DNA from: a bacterium
GTDB lineage: Bacteria; UBA8248
Assembly (NCBI GenBank): GCA_965203325.1
Contig: OZ241875.1
Location: 672,001 to 736,000, forward strand
DNA: 64,000 nt
Direction of reading: 5' to 3'
Made by a program: the position numbers and the translations under genes. Below are positions 9,927 to 20,669 of the stretch, in pieces. How positions within the stretch are numbered: the first letter of the stretch is position 1; each line of letters starts with the position of its first letter. The notes under the pieces are model-generated. The model ran no database searches, was not told where the DNA came from, and saw nothing but the letters and a program-made list of their open reading frames with translations.

Positions 9927-10265
9927 ATGATGAACATCGGGGAAGAAAAGCTAGATTCTGTTGTCATCGTTGCGATTGAGGGGCGTGTAGACGGTACCAC
10001 CGCCCCGGAGTTGGAAAACCGGATTTCGGAAATCGTCAATCGTGGTGATGCGCATGTCTTGTTCGATTGCGCAGGAATGACATATGTCAGCAGCGCCGGG
10101 CTGCGCATATTTCTCACGAGCGCCAGAAAATGCCAGCAAAACGGGGGCAAGTTGATGATCTGCGCGCTACAGCCCGATTGCAAGTCAGTGATAGAAACCA
10201 GCGGTTTTCATACTGTCATCGATTGCCACGATACTCGTGAGGCAGCCCTTGCGGCGGCTTCATAA
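9927..10265 (+). CDS. STAS-domain anti-sigma-factor antagonist
   Basis: GRVDGTTAPELE, DCAGMTYVSSAGLR; AGGAG RBS. Confidence 0.9.
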   Translation: MMNIGEEKLDSVVIVAIEGRVDGTTAPELENRISEIVNRGDAHVLFDCAGMTYVSSAGLRIFLTSARKCQQNGGKLMICALQPDCKSVIETSGFHTVIDCHDTREAALAAAS

Positions 10266-10276
10266 AGGAGCGCTCC

Positions 10277-10930
10277 ATGCTGACATTTGTCGATGAAATC
10301 TTATTGCTGATGCTCGATGACGAGAAAGGTTCGTTTCTTCCCATTCGCGAAAGCACGATGGGGTATGTGCTAGCGGGCGCCGTTCTCATGGACTTGGCGT
10401 TTGCAAACCGCATCGACACCGATCCCAGCCAGTTGATGGTTCTGGACAAAACCCCGATCGGCCACTCGCCGCATGATCGGATTCTCGAAAACATAGCGGC
10501 TTCCGACGAAACCAGGGATGCCAAGGCCTGGATTGAAACGATTTCCCGAGAGGCCACAGAAATCCGCGAGCAATCCCTGTCCGGTCTGGTCGATAACGGT
10601 ATTTTGGAATCCCAGGAAGAAAAGTTCTTATGGGTCTTCCGGGCGCGGAGATACCCGACGATCGATGGTCGCGCCGAGCGCGAAGTGAAGCTGCGCATCA
10701 CCGGCGTGCTGCTATCGGATGAAACTCCGGATCCCAAAGATGTCGCTTTAATCTGTCTTGCCGATGCATGCAACATTCTGCGTGACGTATTTTCCGACAG
10801 GGAGATTAGTCGGATACGTCCCCGTATCGATCAGATCCGTAAGCTGGATCTCATCGGACGTGAAGTCAGTGGAGCGATTCAGGAAATCGAACAGGCGATC
10901 ATGGCGGCGATGACGCATGCCCATCACTAA
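10277..10930 (+). CDS. GPP34/GOLPH3-family protein
   Basis: LTFVDEILLLMLDDEKG, LAGAVLMDLA, FLWVFRARRYP. Confidence 0.85.
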   Translation: MLTFVDEILLLMLDDEKGSFLPIRESTMGYVLAGAVLMDLAFANRIDTDPSQLMVLDKTPIGHSPHDRILENIAASDETRDAKAWIETISREATEIREQSLSGLVDNGILESQEEKFLWVFRARRYPTIDGRAEREVKLRITGVLLSDETPDPKDVALICLADACNILRDVFSDREISRIRPRIDQIRKLDLIGREVSGAIQEIEQAIMAAMTHAHH

Positions 10931-11061
10931 TCATCGGGAATTTTGACCAACTTACTGGAGCGAAGGTCCAGTAACTTCCGTTTATTGATAGTCGACGAGA
11001 AAAAGGCTTCTTTTTTGCTTAACCACTAGCGTCATGTGCGAACATGGCACCAGCCTTTTGC

Positions 11062-11520
11062 CTATATATTTTCGCTATTTCTCCTGCGCACCAAATTCAC
11101 GGATCGCATCGAAAGCACCAGGTCGTTTTCCTGGTTGTATGTCCTGAATTCCATGAGGACAATCCCGCGTCTAGCCTCCGAGCGGGACGCTCTTGTCTCA
11201 ATGACTTCCGCTTCGACCCGCAACGTGTCTCCGGGACGAACGGGCTTTAGCCAGCGGATGGAATCCATCCCGGGCGAACCCATGCCCGTGGTCCCGATAA
11301 CGCCTGTATCGATAAACAGACGAAAAGAGGTTCCGATAGTATGGAATCCACTAGCGATAATACCGCCGTATGGAGACTCAGCCGCAGCTTTCTCATCAAT
11401 ATGGAACGGCTGGGGATCGTACAACTCGGCGAATTCTATGATTTCTTCCGTGGAAAGCGTCTTCTCTTTCGTATGAAACTTCTCGCCAGTCTTGAAATCC
11501 TCAAAATATTTTTCTCTCAT
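11062..11520 (-). CDS. MaoC-family dehydratase
   Basis: YFEDF, DPQPFHIDE..A..SPYGGIIASGFHT, PVRPGDTL. Confidence 0.9.
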   Translation of the reverse strand: MREKYFEDFKTGEKFHTKEKTLSTEEIIEFAELYDPQPFHIDEKAAAESPYGGIIASGFHTIGTSFRLFIDTGVIGTTGMGSPGMDSIRWLKPVRPGDTLRVEAEVIETRASRSEARRGIVLMEFRTYNQENDLVLSMRSVNLVRRRNSENI

Positions 11521-11543
11521 CGAAACAATTATCCAATCTCATG

Positions 11544-11942
11544 TTATGCCGAGGCACCGGGATATTTCTTTTCTGCTTCCTCGGCCCCTTGCGCCAAATT
11601 GCAATCCTCATCCAGTTCTCCCGTTCCAGCCGGAAACTTCACGGTGAAGAAAGTGGCTTCCCCATCAACGGCTCGGCTTCTGTGGTTCGTAAACCTGGGA
11701 ATGTGGATCAAATCGCCACGCTCAACAATCTTGTCTTCTTCATCAAGTATATAGTGCAGCTTGCCATCCAGAATAAGCGTGAACTGCTCTTCGTTCGGGT
11801 GCATGTGGAGCGGAGGGCCCTCCCCTTCCGGCTTTGTCACAATACCCACCTTCATGAATTCACCCACAACGCTTTTCGCCCTGACTTTGGGATTCGTCTT
11901 GCTGTTGCTCTCCTTCATCCCTTCAATTTCATAAAAAGGCAT
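11544..11942 (-). CDS. Cupin-domain protein
   Basis: PLHMHPNEEQF...GDLIHIPRFTNH; start MPFYEIE after GGAGAGG. Confidence 0.85.
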   Translation of the reverse strand: MPFYEIEGMKESNSKTNPKVRAKSVVGEFMKVGIVTKPEGEGPPLHMHPNEEQFTLILDGKLHYILDEEDKIVERGDLIHIPRFTNHRSRAVDGEATFFTVKFPAGTGELDEDCNLAQGAEEAEKKYPGASA

Positions 11943-11970
11943 GTGCAATCCTCTCCGTTCGTCATAAAAC

Positions 11971-13092
11971 CTATAATTCCTCGTACTCATTGATAGACAT
12001 GGGTAATGAGACCGGCTCTTTTCGTTGCGCGGAAACGTCCATTGCCATTGTGAGCAGGAGGTTTCTGTGACCATCCTGCACAGTGGCGTGCGGCGTTTCC
12101 AATCCTGTGAAGATGCGCCCGAACCAGGCGTTGGTTTCTTCGCGCATCGGGCCCCAGAGTTGTTCGAATACAACGTCTCCAGGCGGATAACTCGTCAGAA
12201 AATCCACGTTTCGCTTCACATCGGGCGTATAGCCTGCCGGTTGCGCATTTTCACTGGCAAGAACCAAGTCTCTATGGGTGTCGTCGATGGTGAGAACGCC
12301 CTCTGTGCCCACGATGCCGATTTCCAGACTATAGACGGAGCCTGGCCAGACCGTCGGAAGCGCCCATGAGATATTCATGCTCCATATCGTGCCGTCATCG
12401 AAGGTGAAGATTCCCAGGGTCGCGTCCTTGGTTCCATAGGACGCGCCGAGCGCCTTATCCATCGAGCGCGCATAGATTTCTACGGGCGTTTTCCCGTCCA
12501 TCAGCCACATGCAGATATCGAGGCTGTGCGTCCCCGAGACGACCATCGGCGTGAGGATGCCGCGGTATTCCGTTTTCTCCACCGTAGCGATGGGCACCAG
12601 CCGGTTCATGAAGGCTCTCGTAACGACCGTGGTGACATCGCCGAGTTGACCGGTGCGAATTTTTTCCTTGGCGACCAGAAACCGCCTCCTGAAACGCTGG
12701 GTATAGCCAATAACCGCATCCAGACCTGCGTCTTCGATGGCTTTGAGAACCCGGGCCGAATCGGCTGCGTTCGTCGCCAGCGGCTTTTCAATGAACATAT
12801 CGTGGCCCCCATCTACAGAGGCCAGTATGGGACCTACGTGCTCGTTTTCCTCTGTGGCGATAATGGAAGCGGTCACCTCCGGTCGGGCCAACAGCTCTTT
12901 GTAGTCCGTAGTGAAAAAATCGGCATTCGTTTCATCGGCGAGTTTTTTCCCCACTTTCTCGTTGATGTCACAAAGGCCCAGCCACTCGACGCCCGGATAA
13001 TCGCGGGCGAATTCAGCACGGATTTTGCCGATAGTCCCGCAACCGATGATGGCCAGACCGATGGGTGTTCTTTTTCCATTTTCAGTGTTCAT
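11971..13092 (-). CDS. Gfo/Idh/MocA-family oxidoreductase
   Basis: IIGCGTIG Rossmann motif, IEKPLA, GYTQRF, GTHSLD. Confidence 0.9.
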   Translation of the reverse strand: MNTENGKRTPIGLAIIGCGTIGKIRAEFARDYPGVEWLGLCDINEKVGKKLADETNADFFTTDYKELLARPEVTASIIATEENEHVGPILASVDGGHDMFIEKPLATNAADSARVLKAIEDAGLDAVIGYTQRFRRRFLVAKEKIRTGQLGDVTTVVTRAFMNRLVPIATVEKTEYRGILTPMVVSGTHSLDICMWLMDGKTPVEIYARSMDKALGASYGTKDATLGIFTFDDGTIWSMNISWALPTVWPGSVYSLEIGIVGTEGVLTIDDTHRDLVLASENAQPAGYTPDVKRNVDFLTSYPPGDVVFEQLWGPMREETNAWFGRIFTGLETPHATVQDGHRNLLLTMAMDVSAQRKEPVSLPMSINEYEEL

Positions 13093-13202
13093 TCATTACT
13101 CCCTGATAAGTACGATGAAATGCTCATAAAACACGCATCGGGCTAACTACCCTTTACAACGAGGTGTTAGGCCAGGCGCCTAAAATCGCCAAATGCGCAA
13201 AA

Positions 13203-13565
13203 CTAGTCTTTGATCTCGACGCGAATTGCTTCCAAGGGTTTGTCTCCATGGTTCTCTACGGCATGCAGACCCTCCCTCCCCAGCCAGAAAGGGACGCCTT
13301 CTTTGCGATCTTCGCTGATGGCGCAAGCCTCGCCCTTTTCATTGTAATAGGTGAGTTTCGGAAAACTCATGATAGTGAACACGCTCTCCCATTTATGCGT
13401 GTGCTCTTTTTCAAGCTCGCCCGGCTGAATCGTCACCCGCAAAACGCGGACTCTTTCGTTTTCAAAAATTATTTCATGGTTGTTAGGGGCCGCGATTACG
13501 GCATCCAACTCCTCAGGCGTTCCGGGAATGTATGGCGGCCTACTTCCAGTCGCATTTTCGCTCAT
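13203..13565 (-). CDS. Small cupin-domain protein
   Basis: FENERVRVLRVTIQPGE..HTH...LHAVEN. Confidence 0.8.
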   Translation of the reverse strand: MSENATGSRPPYIPGTPEELDAVIAAPNNHEIIFENERVRVLRVTIQPGELEKEHTHKWESVFTIMSFPKLTYYNEKGEACAISEDRKEGVPFWLGREGLHAVENHGDKPLEAIRVEIKD

Positions 13566-13600
13566 CTTCTAACCCTCCCATGAGAAAACAAGCACGTGAA

Positions 13601-14536
13601 TCATGTAAACAATGATTTCGGCAACATGGCGTGAACTCCCTTCACACCGTTTACAATTTGCGTGACCCGCAAGTCCACGGCAAGACTGCAAAGTGTATAT
13701 GCGTCATCTCTGCTCATGCCGCGCAACTCTCCCAGAAATTTAATCGTCTCACGCAGCGCCATTTTGGCCGCGTTATCGAGAATAGGGTCAAAGCCCATCA
13801 GGATATAATGCGTGTCGGTTTCCGCCCGGGGATTATCGAGTTGCATATCCTTTCTGACGATGATTTCCATCGTCCCCGAGAGACCCGTTTCGATAGCCGT
13901 CAAACAGGCTTCCCCGTCTCCCTGACAGCCGTGCCCATCGCCTACGGAAAACAGAGCACCCTCGTTAAAAATCGGGAAATAGACGACAGAACCCGAGATG
14001 AGTTCTTTGTTGTCCAAATTCCCGCCCCACGCACTTGGAGGATAGCTTCCCACGCGGCCTACGGCAGGCGGGGGCGCCACGCCGAAGTTGCCGAAATAAG
14101 GCCTCAATGGCACCCTGACGCCCGCGCCCCAGTCCCCCGTTTGCGCTTCCAGATCGAGGTCCACGATGACGGTGCGCGTATACGGAAAATCCTCCGGCAA
14201 TCCCCCCATCATCGGCCGGATGGTGTTATATCCCCAGTCATAGCGCGTCTTGACCTCGTGGATGCGGACTTCCAGCACGTCTCCGGGCTGCGCGCTTTCT
14301 ACAGTCACAGGACCCGTCATGATATGGGGGCCAAGCTCCTGGGGAACCTGCGCGATGATGTTTCTCAAATTTTGGGACGCCCGGTCCCCGAGTTCCGCCA
14401 GATATTCCTCGCGTCCCGATTCCGTATGAACCTCCAGCGTGTCGCCCGAGCGAATGCGCATCACAGGCTCCAGGGAGGCGTCATAATAGCCCCAATGGAC
14501 GGTATCCGGGTTTGCAATCAATTCATGAGTCGCCAT
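13601..14536 (-). CDS. Acetamidase/formamidase family protein (copy 3 of 3)
   Basis: HIMTGPV.V..AQPGDVLEV, GGNLDNKEL, SVGDGHGCQGDGE. Confidence 0.92.
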   Translation of the reverse strand: MATHELIANPDTVHWGYYDASLEPVMRIRSGDTLEVHTESGREEYLAELGDRASQNLRNIIAQVPQELGPHIMTGPVTVESAQPGDVLEVRIHEVKTRYDWGYNTIRPMMGGLPEDFPYTRTVIVDLDLEAQTGDWGAGVRVPLRPYFGNFGVAPPPAVGRVGSYPPSAWGGNLDNKELISGSVVYFPIFNEGALFSVGDGHGCQGDGEACLTAIETGLSGTMEIIVRKDMQLDNPRAETDTHYILMGFDPILDNAAKMALRETIKFLGELRGMSRDDAYTLCSLAVDLRVTQIVNGVKGVHAMLPKSLFT

Positions 14537-15492
14537 CAACACACTCCTTCATCAAGAATACTCTTCGGCAACATCGCGTGAACGCCTTTGACCCCGTTCA
14601 CAATCTGCGTGATACGCAAATCCACCGCCAGACTGCACAGTGTATACGCATCATCTTTGCTCATGCCGCGCAATTCCCCTAAAAACCGAATCGTTTCCCT
14701 GAGCGCCATTTTGGCTGCATTATCGAGAATTGGATCGAACCCCATGAGGATATGATGAGTCGGTGTCTCGGCACGGGGCATTTTCAAACTCAAATCCTTT
14801 CGGACGATGAGTTCAATTTTCGCGGACATGCCGCATTCCAAGGCGGAGAGACAGCTTTCCCCGTCCCCCTGACATCCGTGTCCGTCACCTATGGCGAACA
14901 AAACGCCATCGTGAAATACGGGAAGATAGACGCGAGAACCTGCGATAAATTCCTTGTTGTCCATGTTTCCGCCCCAGATTCCCGGCGGGGTGGACGGAAC
15001 ACGACCAAAATCGCTCGGTGGAGCTACGCCGAAGTTGCCGAAATAAGGCCTGAGCGGCACTTTCACGCCTGCACCCCAATCCCCCGTATTCGCTTCTTTG
15101 TCTAGTTCCACGATTACCGTTTTCGAATACGGAAAATCCTCGGGCAAGCCACCCGCCAGGGGCCGGATGACGTTAAAACCCCAATCATAGCGCGGCCAGA
15201 TTTCCAGAAATCTCACTTCCAGGACATCTCCCGCCACAGCTCCTTCGACAGCGATGGGTCCGGTGAGGATATGGCCGCCCAGGTCCCTCTTACCGCGCTC
15301 GGCGATTTCTCGCAGATTTTCAGAAGCTCTTTCCCGAATCGGAGATTCAAGAGTCCTGATCCCCGGTTCGGTGTGAATTTCGAGCACATCGCCCGAAGCG
15401 ACGGTGAGAACCGGCGAAAGGTCGGCGTCATAATAACCCCACTGGATGTTGTCGGGGATTTGCGCAATCACATGTTCGGCCAAGGATGACAC
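14536..15492 (-). CDS. Acetamidase/formamidase family protein (copy 2 of 3)
   Basis: HILTGPIAVEGA, GGNMDNKEF, GDGHGCQGDGE. Confidence 0.92.
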   Translation of the reverse strand: MSSLAEHVIAQIPDNIQWGYYDADLSPVLTVASGDVLEIHTEPGIRTLESPIRERASENLREIAERGKRDLGGHILTGPIAVEGAVAGDVLEVRFLEIWPRYDWGFNVIRPLAGGLPEDFPYSKTVIVELDKEANTGDWGAGVKVPLRPYFGNFGVAPPSDFGRVPSTPPGIWGGNMDNKEFIAGSRVYLPVFHDGVLFAIGDGHGCQGDGESCLSALECGMSAKIELIVRKDLSLKMPRAETPTHHILMGFDPILDNAAKMALRETIRFLGELRGMSKDDAYTLCSLAVDLRITQIVNGVKGVHAMLPKSILDEGVC

Positions 15493-15508
15493 CTTATAAA
15501 TATGAAAC

Positions 15509-16444
15509 TTATTCGAATAAAGATTTGGGCACCATCGCGTGAACGCCCTTGGTGCCGTTCACGATTTGGGTCACGCGCAGGTCGACCGCCAGGCTGCACA
15601 ACCTGTACGCATCATCACGGCTCATGCCCCGAAGCTCACCCAGAAACTGAATCGTCTCGCGCAAGGCCATCTTCGCCGCATTGTCGAGAATCGGGTCAAA
15701 CCCCATCAATATGTAGTGCGATTCCGTCTCCGCGCGCGGGGTCTTGATGTCCATGTCCTTGCGGACGGTCATCTCGAAAGTGCCGATGAGGCCCATCTCG
15801 ATTCCGTTGATGTTCGCCTCCCCATCCCCTTGGCAGCCATGCCCGTCGCCTACCGAGAACAGAGCGCCTTCGGTGAAAACAGGTAAATAAATCGTCGAGC
15901 CGGCCGTGAATTCCTTACAATCCGTATTTCCTCCCCATTCTCCCGGGGGAGACGACGGCACGCGACCGAGCGCCGGAGCGGGTGCCACACCGAAATTTCC
16001 GAAAAAAGGCCCGAGCAGTACCTTGACGCCCGCGCCCCAGTCGCCCGTTCCACTCTCCTCGTCCACCTCGACAATCACAACCCTCGTATAAGGGAAATCC
16101 TCCGGCAAACCACCCATTAGGGGTCTGAAGCCGTTGTAGCCCCAATCATACCGGGGTTTGATATCACGATTCTTGATCTCCAGAACATCGCCGGGTTCGG
16201 CCCCTTCGACCGCCACCGGACCCGTCATGATGTGCGCACCGGGCCCCTGTTCCATCGTCTCCAGGATTTCTCTCAGATTCCCGGAGAGTCTCTCCGGGTA
16301 CTTTTTCAAGAAATCTTTCCGGCCCGATTCGGTTTTCACGACGAGCGTATCGCCGGAAGCGATCGTCATGACGGGAGCAAGAGCTGAGTCATAAAAACCC
16401 CAATGGCAGGTATCGACGGTGGTATCCAGTTCATGCGTGGCCAC
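15509..16444 (-). CDS. Acetamidase/formamidase family protein (copy 1 of 3)
   Basis: HIMTGPVAVEGAEPGD, GGNTDCKEF, GDGHGCQGDGE; GTG start after GGAGG. Confidence 0.92.
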   Translation of the reverse strand: MATHELDTTVDTCHWGFYDSALAPVMTIASGDTLVVKTESGRKDFLKKYPERLSGNLREILETMEQGPGAHIMTGPVAVEGAEPGDVLEIKNRDIKPRYDWGYNGFRPLMGGLPEDFPYTRVVIVEVDEESGTGDWGAGVKVLLGPFFGNFGVAPAPALGRVPSSPPGEWGGNTDCKEFTAGSTIYLPVFTEGALFSVGDGHGCQGDGEANINGIEMGLIGTFEMTVRKDMDIKTPRAETESHYILMGFDPILDNAAKMALRETIQFLGELRGMSRDDAYRLCSLAVDLRVTQIVNGTKGVHAMVPKSLFE

Positions 16445-16610
16445 AAGCACTCCTCCCCTTTCATCACTGTGGTACAAAAATATCCTGGAAGGATATCGTC
16501 AGGCGTCCGTTAAATCCCCGGGCTATGTCAATCCGGCGATATGTTCTGGATTCGCCGTGGACTCTATCATCCAGGGCCTTGAAGATCAAAAATCTACCCT
16601 TCAAACAAGC

Positions 16611-17384
16611 TCAAGCGAGAATCGCGTCTACGAGCGCAGGCAACACCTCGCCCGTTTTCCCTTGAATCCGCATGTCCGCTTTGGCGTCGAAACGGGTGGG
16701 GCCTTCGTTCACGATGATGAGGCGCGCCCCTGCTTTTCTGGCGCGCTCAGGCAAGCCTCCTGCCGGCCTGACCGCCAATGAGGATCCGGCCACCAGAAAA
16801 ACATCGGCCTTTCTTGATGCCTCAACGGCGCGGGATAACTTTTCTTGAGATAACCCTTCTCCAAAGAAAACGGCATCCGGTTTCAGCAAGGCCCCACAGT
16901 CCTTGCACTTTGGAATTGCCTCACCACCCCGAACCCGTACGTGGACTTCAGAACGAGGTAATTTCATCCCGCAACCCACACAAACGCACACATGACTCGT
17001 CCCGTGCAATTCCACGACCTCGTCCGGGTCATGCCCCGCTTTCTGGTGAAGCCCATCTGTATTTTGCGTCACAAGCAATTTCAGACGACCGTATCGGGAC
17101 AATTTAGCCAAGGCGAAATGCCCACCCGAAGGAGTGGCGTTCTGGACCAAATCGTACCCGTCCTGGGCGACTTCCCAGTAGCGTCTTTGTATTTCCTCTG
17201 AAGCAAGCCATCGACGAATTTCGAAATCCTTTGGGTCGAACCGATCCCAGATTCCACCTTTGGACCTGAAATCGGGGATTCCGCTCTCGGTACTTATGCC
17301 GGCACCGGTAAGGCATACGGTGGAGCGAGATTCCAAAACCCATGCCGCTGCTTGCTCGATGAGTTTTTCATGGGAATCAGCCAA
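16611..17384 (-). CDS. cobB: Sirtuin NAD-dependent protein deacylase
   Basis: TGAGISTESGIPDFR, TQNTDGLHQKAG, ELHG, CxxC...CxxC, KPDAVFFGE, GSSL.V.PA. Confidence 0.92.
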   Translation of the reverse strand: MADSHEKLIEQAAAWVLESRSTVCLTGAGISTESGIPDFRSKGGIWDRFDPKDFEIRRWLASEEIQRRYWEVAQDGYDLVQNATPSGGHFALAKLSRYGRLKLLVTQNTDGLHQKAGHDPDEVVELHGTSHVCVCVGCGMKLPRSEVHVRVRGGEAIPKCKDCGALLKPDAVFFGEGLSQEKLSRAVEASRKADVFLVAGSSLAVRPAGGLPERARKAGARLIIVNEGPTRFDAKADMRIQGKTGEVLPALVDAILA

Positions 17385-17503
17385 TCTTCTTCCCCAGGTG
17401 AAAAATAAATAATGGCAATAACAACAATGAGATGTGAAATTCAGCCGCCAATTGATGTATGGTACGAAAGAATGGGGCGCATGCAAACAAGAAGTGATGA
17501 ATC

Positions 17504-18766
17504 GTGGGGATACGAAAATTGTCTGACACGAAAAAGCACTTTTTCAGATCTTCAACGCTCTTCACCCTGCTCGCTCTGGGAATAAGCCTGTCCGGCTGCG
17601 CCGACCCCTTTCTTCCCAAAGTGAAGGAAAGTTCCGTCAAAATCCTGAAAAACGCCATTGAAGTAGAATTCGCCCAACTGACCCGCGAATTCGACCAACT
17701 CGACCAAAAAGGCGACTTGGGACTTTGCGCTCCGCTGCTCTTCGGGGTGGCGCGTTATGCCGTTTATCAGGCAGTGGAGGAGAAAAGAACCGCCACCATG
17801 GCGCAACTGACTCGCTTCATCATGAGGGCGCGTAGGGCCATCAAGCGCGCGGAAGAGAAGATGCAAAGAAAACAATGCGTCGATACGGATGCCGACGGCC
17901 TCACCGATATAGCGGAATTCCAAAAGTACAAAACAAAACCGGACAATCCTGATACAGATGGGGACAAAGTATCCGACTCTTTGGAAATCCGCCGGTACCG
18001 GACCAATCCGCTCAAGGCGGATACGGACGGCGATCTGCTTGACGATGGGGATGAAATTTCGCGCGGCTTGAATCCGCTCCTCGCCGACAGTGATGGGGAT
18101 GGGTTCATAGACGGCATAGAAGTCGCCCATAAGTCGAATGCGCGCGATGTGTGTTCCCAGCCCCTGGACGCCCAAAATCTCGACCGTCTGCGCGGATGTG
18201 GGCAGAAAAGGATTCATACCAAGCCGGTTCAAGTTCAAACACCGCGAAAACGTACTCGGGCGCCCGCAAAGACAAAACCAATCCTGGAGGGAAAAAGAAG
18301 CCTCGAGGCCGGAAAGCCAAAAACGAGGCCCTCTCCCAAGCCGCCGGAAGAAAGAACCCGAAACGTCAAGAAAACCAATTCCGAAAAGAAAACACCGAAA
18401 CCGGCGCTAAACGGCAACGGCTCGCATCCTGCACAAAAAGCCCAGGCGATTCGAAGCCACCGGGCAAGCGTGGTCACTACTGCAGCCAAAGAGCCTCAAA
18501 AAGAAATCACCCATGGGAAAAGAAATCATCTCCCCTCGAAACCGCAGGATGCAAATCATCACATCGCGAAGCAAGCGAACCCTGAGGGAGTACAAACAAA
18601 AACGAACCCCAAAGAATCGCCAGTACAAGCGCCCGTCGCGGCTTCTCTCATGGAAAACCAGGCCACAGCTCCCTCGACACTTGAATCTCCAAGGCCAGCT
18701 AAGAAAAAATCTTTTCCCGCTGCCTCTGAGAACTTCCCCTCCGCGATTTTTCTTAGGTTGTGGTAG
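17504..18766 (+). CDS. Putative lipoprotein with DxDxDG Ca-binding (TSP3-like) repeats and K/P-rich tail
   Basis: Hydrophobic stretch ending LSGC; DTDADG, DTDGDK, DTDGDL, DSDGDG repeats; low-complexity C-terminal half. Confidence 0.7.
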   Translation: MGIRKLSDTKKHFFRSSTLFTLLALGISLSGCADPFLPKVKESSVKILKNAIEVEFAQLTREFDQLDQKGDLGLCAPLLFGVARYAVYQAVEEKRTATMAQLTRFIMRARRAIKRAEEKMQRKQCVDTDADGLTDIAEFQKYKTKPDNPDTDGDKVSDSLEIRRYRTNPLKADTDGDLLDDGDEISRGLNPLLADSDGDGFIDGIEVAHKSNARDVCSQPLDAQNLDRLRGCGQKRIHTKPVQVQTPRKRTRAPAKTKPILEGKRSLEAGKPKTRPSPKPPEERTRNVKKTNSEKKTPKPALNGNGSHPAQKAQAIRSHRASVVTTAAKEPQKEITHGKRNHLPSKPQDANHHIAKQANPEGVQTKTNPKESPVQAPVAASLMENQATAPSTLESPRPAKKKSFPAASENFPSAIFLRLW

Positions 18767-18912
18767 AGTCATTCATGGTGCCCCTGAATTATAGATACGC
18801 CGGAATCTTAGCGGCCATTAAATGATGCTTCCGCCATATACGCTGAAAACTATCGCACCGCGATTTGCATCGTTTTCATAAGCAGGAGAAGAAGAGAATA
18901 GGAGAAAAGAAC

Positions 18913-20604
18913 ATGACGGAGCAGAAAACAGCCCTGAACCGATTTAGCCGGCGCATCACTCAGCCGCCCTCACAGGCCGCCTCACAGGCCATGCTCTACG
19001 GCGCGGGGCTGGATGAAATCGACATGAAAAACCCCCAGGTCGGCATCGCCAGCATGTGGTGGGAGGGAAATTCCTGCAATTTTCACCTCAACCGGCTCGC
19101 CGAATACATCAAGCAAAGCGTGAACGCCGAGAAGAAAATGATCGGTCTCATTTTCAACACGATCGGCGTGAGCGACGGCATCTCCATGGGCACGGAGGGC
19201 ATGAAATACTCTTTGCAATCCCGGGACCTCATCGCCGATTCGATCGAGACCGTCGTCGGAGCGCAATGGTATGACGCCCTGGTCACGCTCCCCGGCTGCG
19301 ACAAGAACATGCCCGGCTCCATCATGGCGATGGCGCGGCTCAACCGGCCCAGCCTGATGGTTTATGGTGGCACCATCAGCCCGGGGTTTCTGAATGGAGA
19401 CAAGCTGGACGTGGTCTCCGCCTTCCAGGCGTATGGAGAGTATTTTTCGGAAAAAATCGACGAGGAACGCTTCCAAGCGGTCATCAAGCACGCCTGCCCG
19501 AGCGGTGGGGCCTGCGGGGGGATGTATACGGCGAACACGATGTCCTCATCCATCGAAACGCTGGGCATGAGCCTGCCCTACAGCTCGTCAAATCCCGCCA
19601 TGAGCGAGGATAAGAAAAACGAGTGTCTCGACGTGGGGAAAGCCGTCTATCACCTGCTCGAAAACGACATCAAGCCGAGCGACATCATGACGAGAGAAGC
19701 GTTCGAGAACGCGATCACCATCATCATGGCGCTCGGTGGCTCGACGAATGCTGTCTTACACTACATCGCCATCGCCAAGGCCGTCGGGGTCGAACTCACG
19801 ATTGACGACTTTCAGGAAATCAGCGACAGAACGCCTTACGTTGCAGATTTGAAGCCCAGCGGGAAATTCGTCATGGAAGACCTCCACGACGTGGGCGGCG
19901 TGCCAGCCGTTCAAAAACTTCTCTTGAAAGAAGGCCTTCTCCACGGCGATTGCCTCACCGTCACAGGCAATACACTCGGAGAAAACATCGAAGCCTTGCC
20001 TGACCTTCATACGGGACAGAAAGTCATCGTGCCGCTTTCTTCTCCCATCAAGAAAACAGGCCACCTCCAGATTCTCTACGGAAACCTTGCGAGCGAGGGC
20101 GCCGTCGCCAAGATCACAGGAAAAGAGGGAGAACGCTTCGAGGGTCCCGCGCGTTGTTTCGATTCCGAGGAAGACGCCCTCAAAGGACTGGAGGAAAACA
20201 GGGTTCAAAAAGGAGACGTCGTCATCATCCGCTACGAAGGCCCCAGGGGCGGTCCCGGAATGCGGGAGATGCTGACGGTTACGTCCGCAATCATGGGAGC
20301 CGGCCTCGGAAACGACCTCGCCCTTATCACGGACGGGAGGTTCTCGGGCGGCACGCATGGTTTCGTCGTCGGACATGTCACGCCTGAAGCCCAAACCGGC
20401 GGCCTGCTTGCTCTCGTTGAAGACGACGACATTGTTTTGATTGACGCCCAAAACCGCGTCATGGAACTCAAGGCACCCGAGGAGGAGATAGAGCGACGGC
20501 GGCAGAACTGGAGTGCGCCCCCGCTTAAATTCACCAAGGGCACACTCTACAAGTACGCCAAGTGCGTATCTTCGGCTTCTGAGGGATGCGTGACGGACGA
20601 ATAG
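18913..20604 (+). CDS. ilvD: Dihydroxy-acid dehydratase
   Basis: [55 protein letters not shown]. Confidence 0.97.
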   Translation: MTEQKTALNRFSRRITQPPSQAASQAMLYGAGLDEIDMKNPQVGIASMWWEGNSCNFHLNRLAEYIKQSVNAEKKMIGLIFNTIGVSDGISMGTEGMKYSLQSRDLIADSIETVVGAQWYDALVTLPGCDKNMPGSIMAMARLNRPSLMVYGGTISPGFLNGDKLDVVSAFQAYGEYFSEKIDEERFQAVIKHACPSGGACGGMYTANTMSSSIETLGMSLPYSSSNPAMSEDKKNECLDVGKAVYHLLENDIKPSDIMTREAFENAITIIMALGGSTNAVLHYIAIAKAVGVELTIDDFQEISDRTPYVADLKPSGKFVMEDLHDVGGVPAVQKLLLKEGLLHGDCLTVTGNTLGENIEALPDLHTGQKVIVPLSSPIKKTGHLQILYGNLASEGAVAKITGKEGERFEGPARCFDSEEDALKGLEENRVQKGDVVIIRYEGPRGGPGMREMLTVTSAIMGAGLGNDLALITDGRFSGGTHGFVVGHVTPEAQTGGLLALVEDDDIVLIDAQNRVMELKAPEEEIERRRQNWSAPPLKFTKGTLYKYAKCVSSASEGCVTDE

Positions 20605-20619
20605 AGGTTGAACACAAAA

Positions 20620-20652
20620 AAAGAGGGGAGAAAACGACTCCCCTTTTTATTT
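20620..20652. terminator. Bidirectional intrinsic terminator
   Basis: A-tract, aggggag-aaaacga-ctcccct stem-loop, T-tract, between convergent ilvD and the 20670-21134 gene. Confidence 0.8.
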
Positions 20653-20669
20653 ATAGCTGTGGCGCCAGT

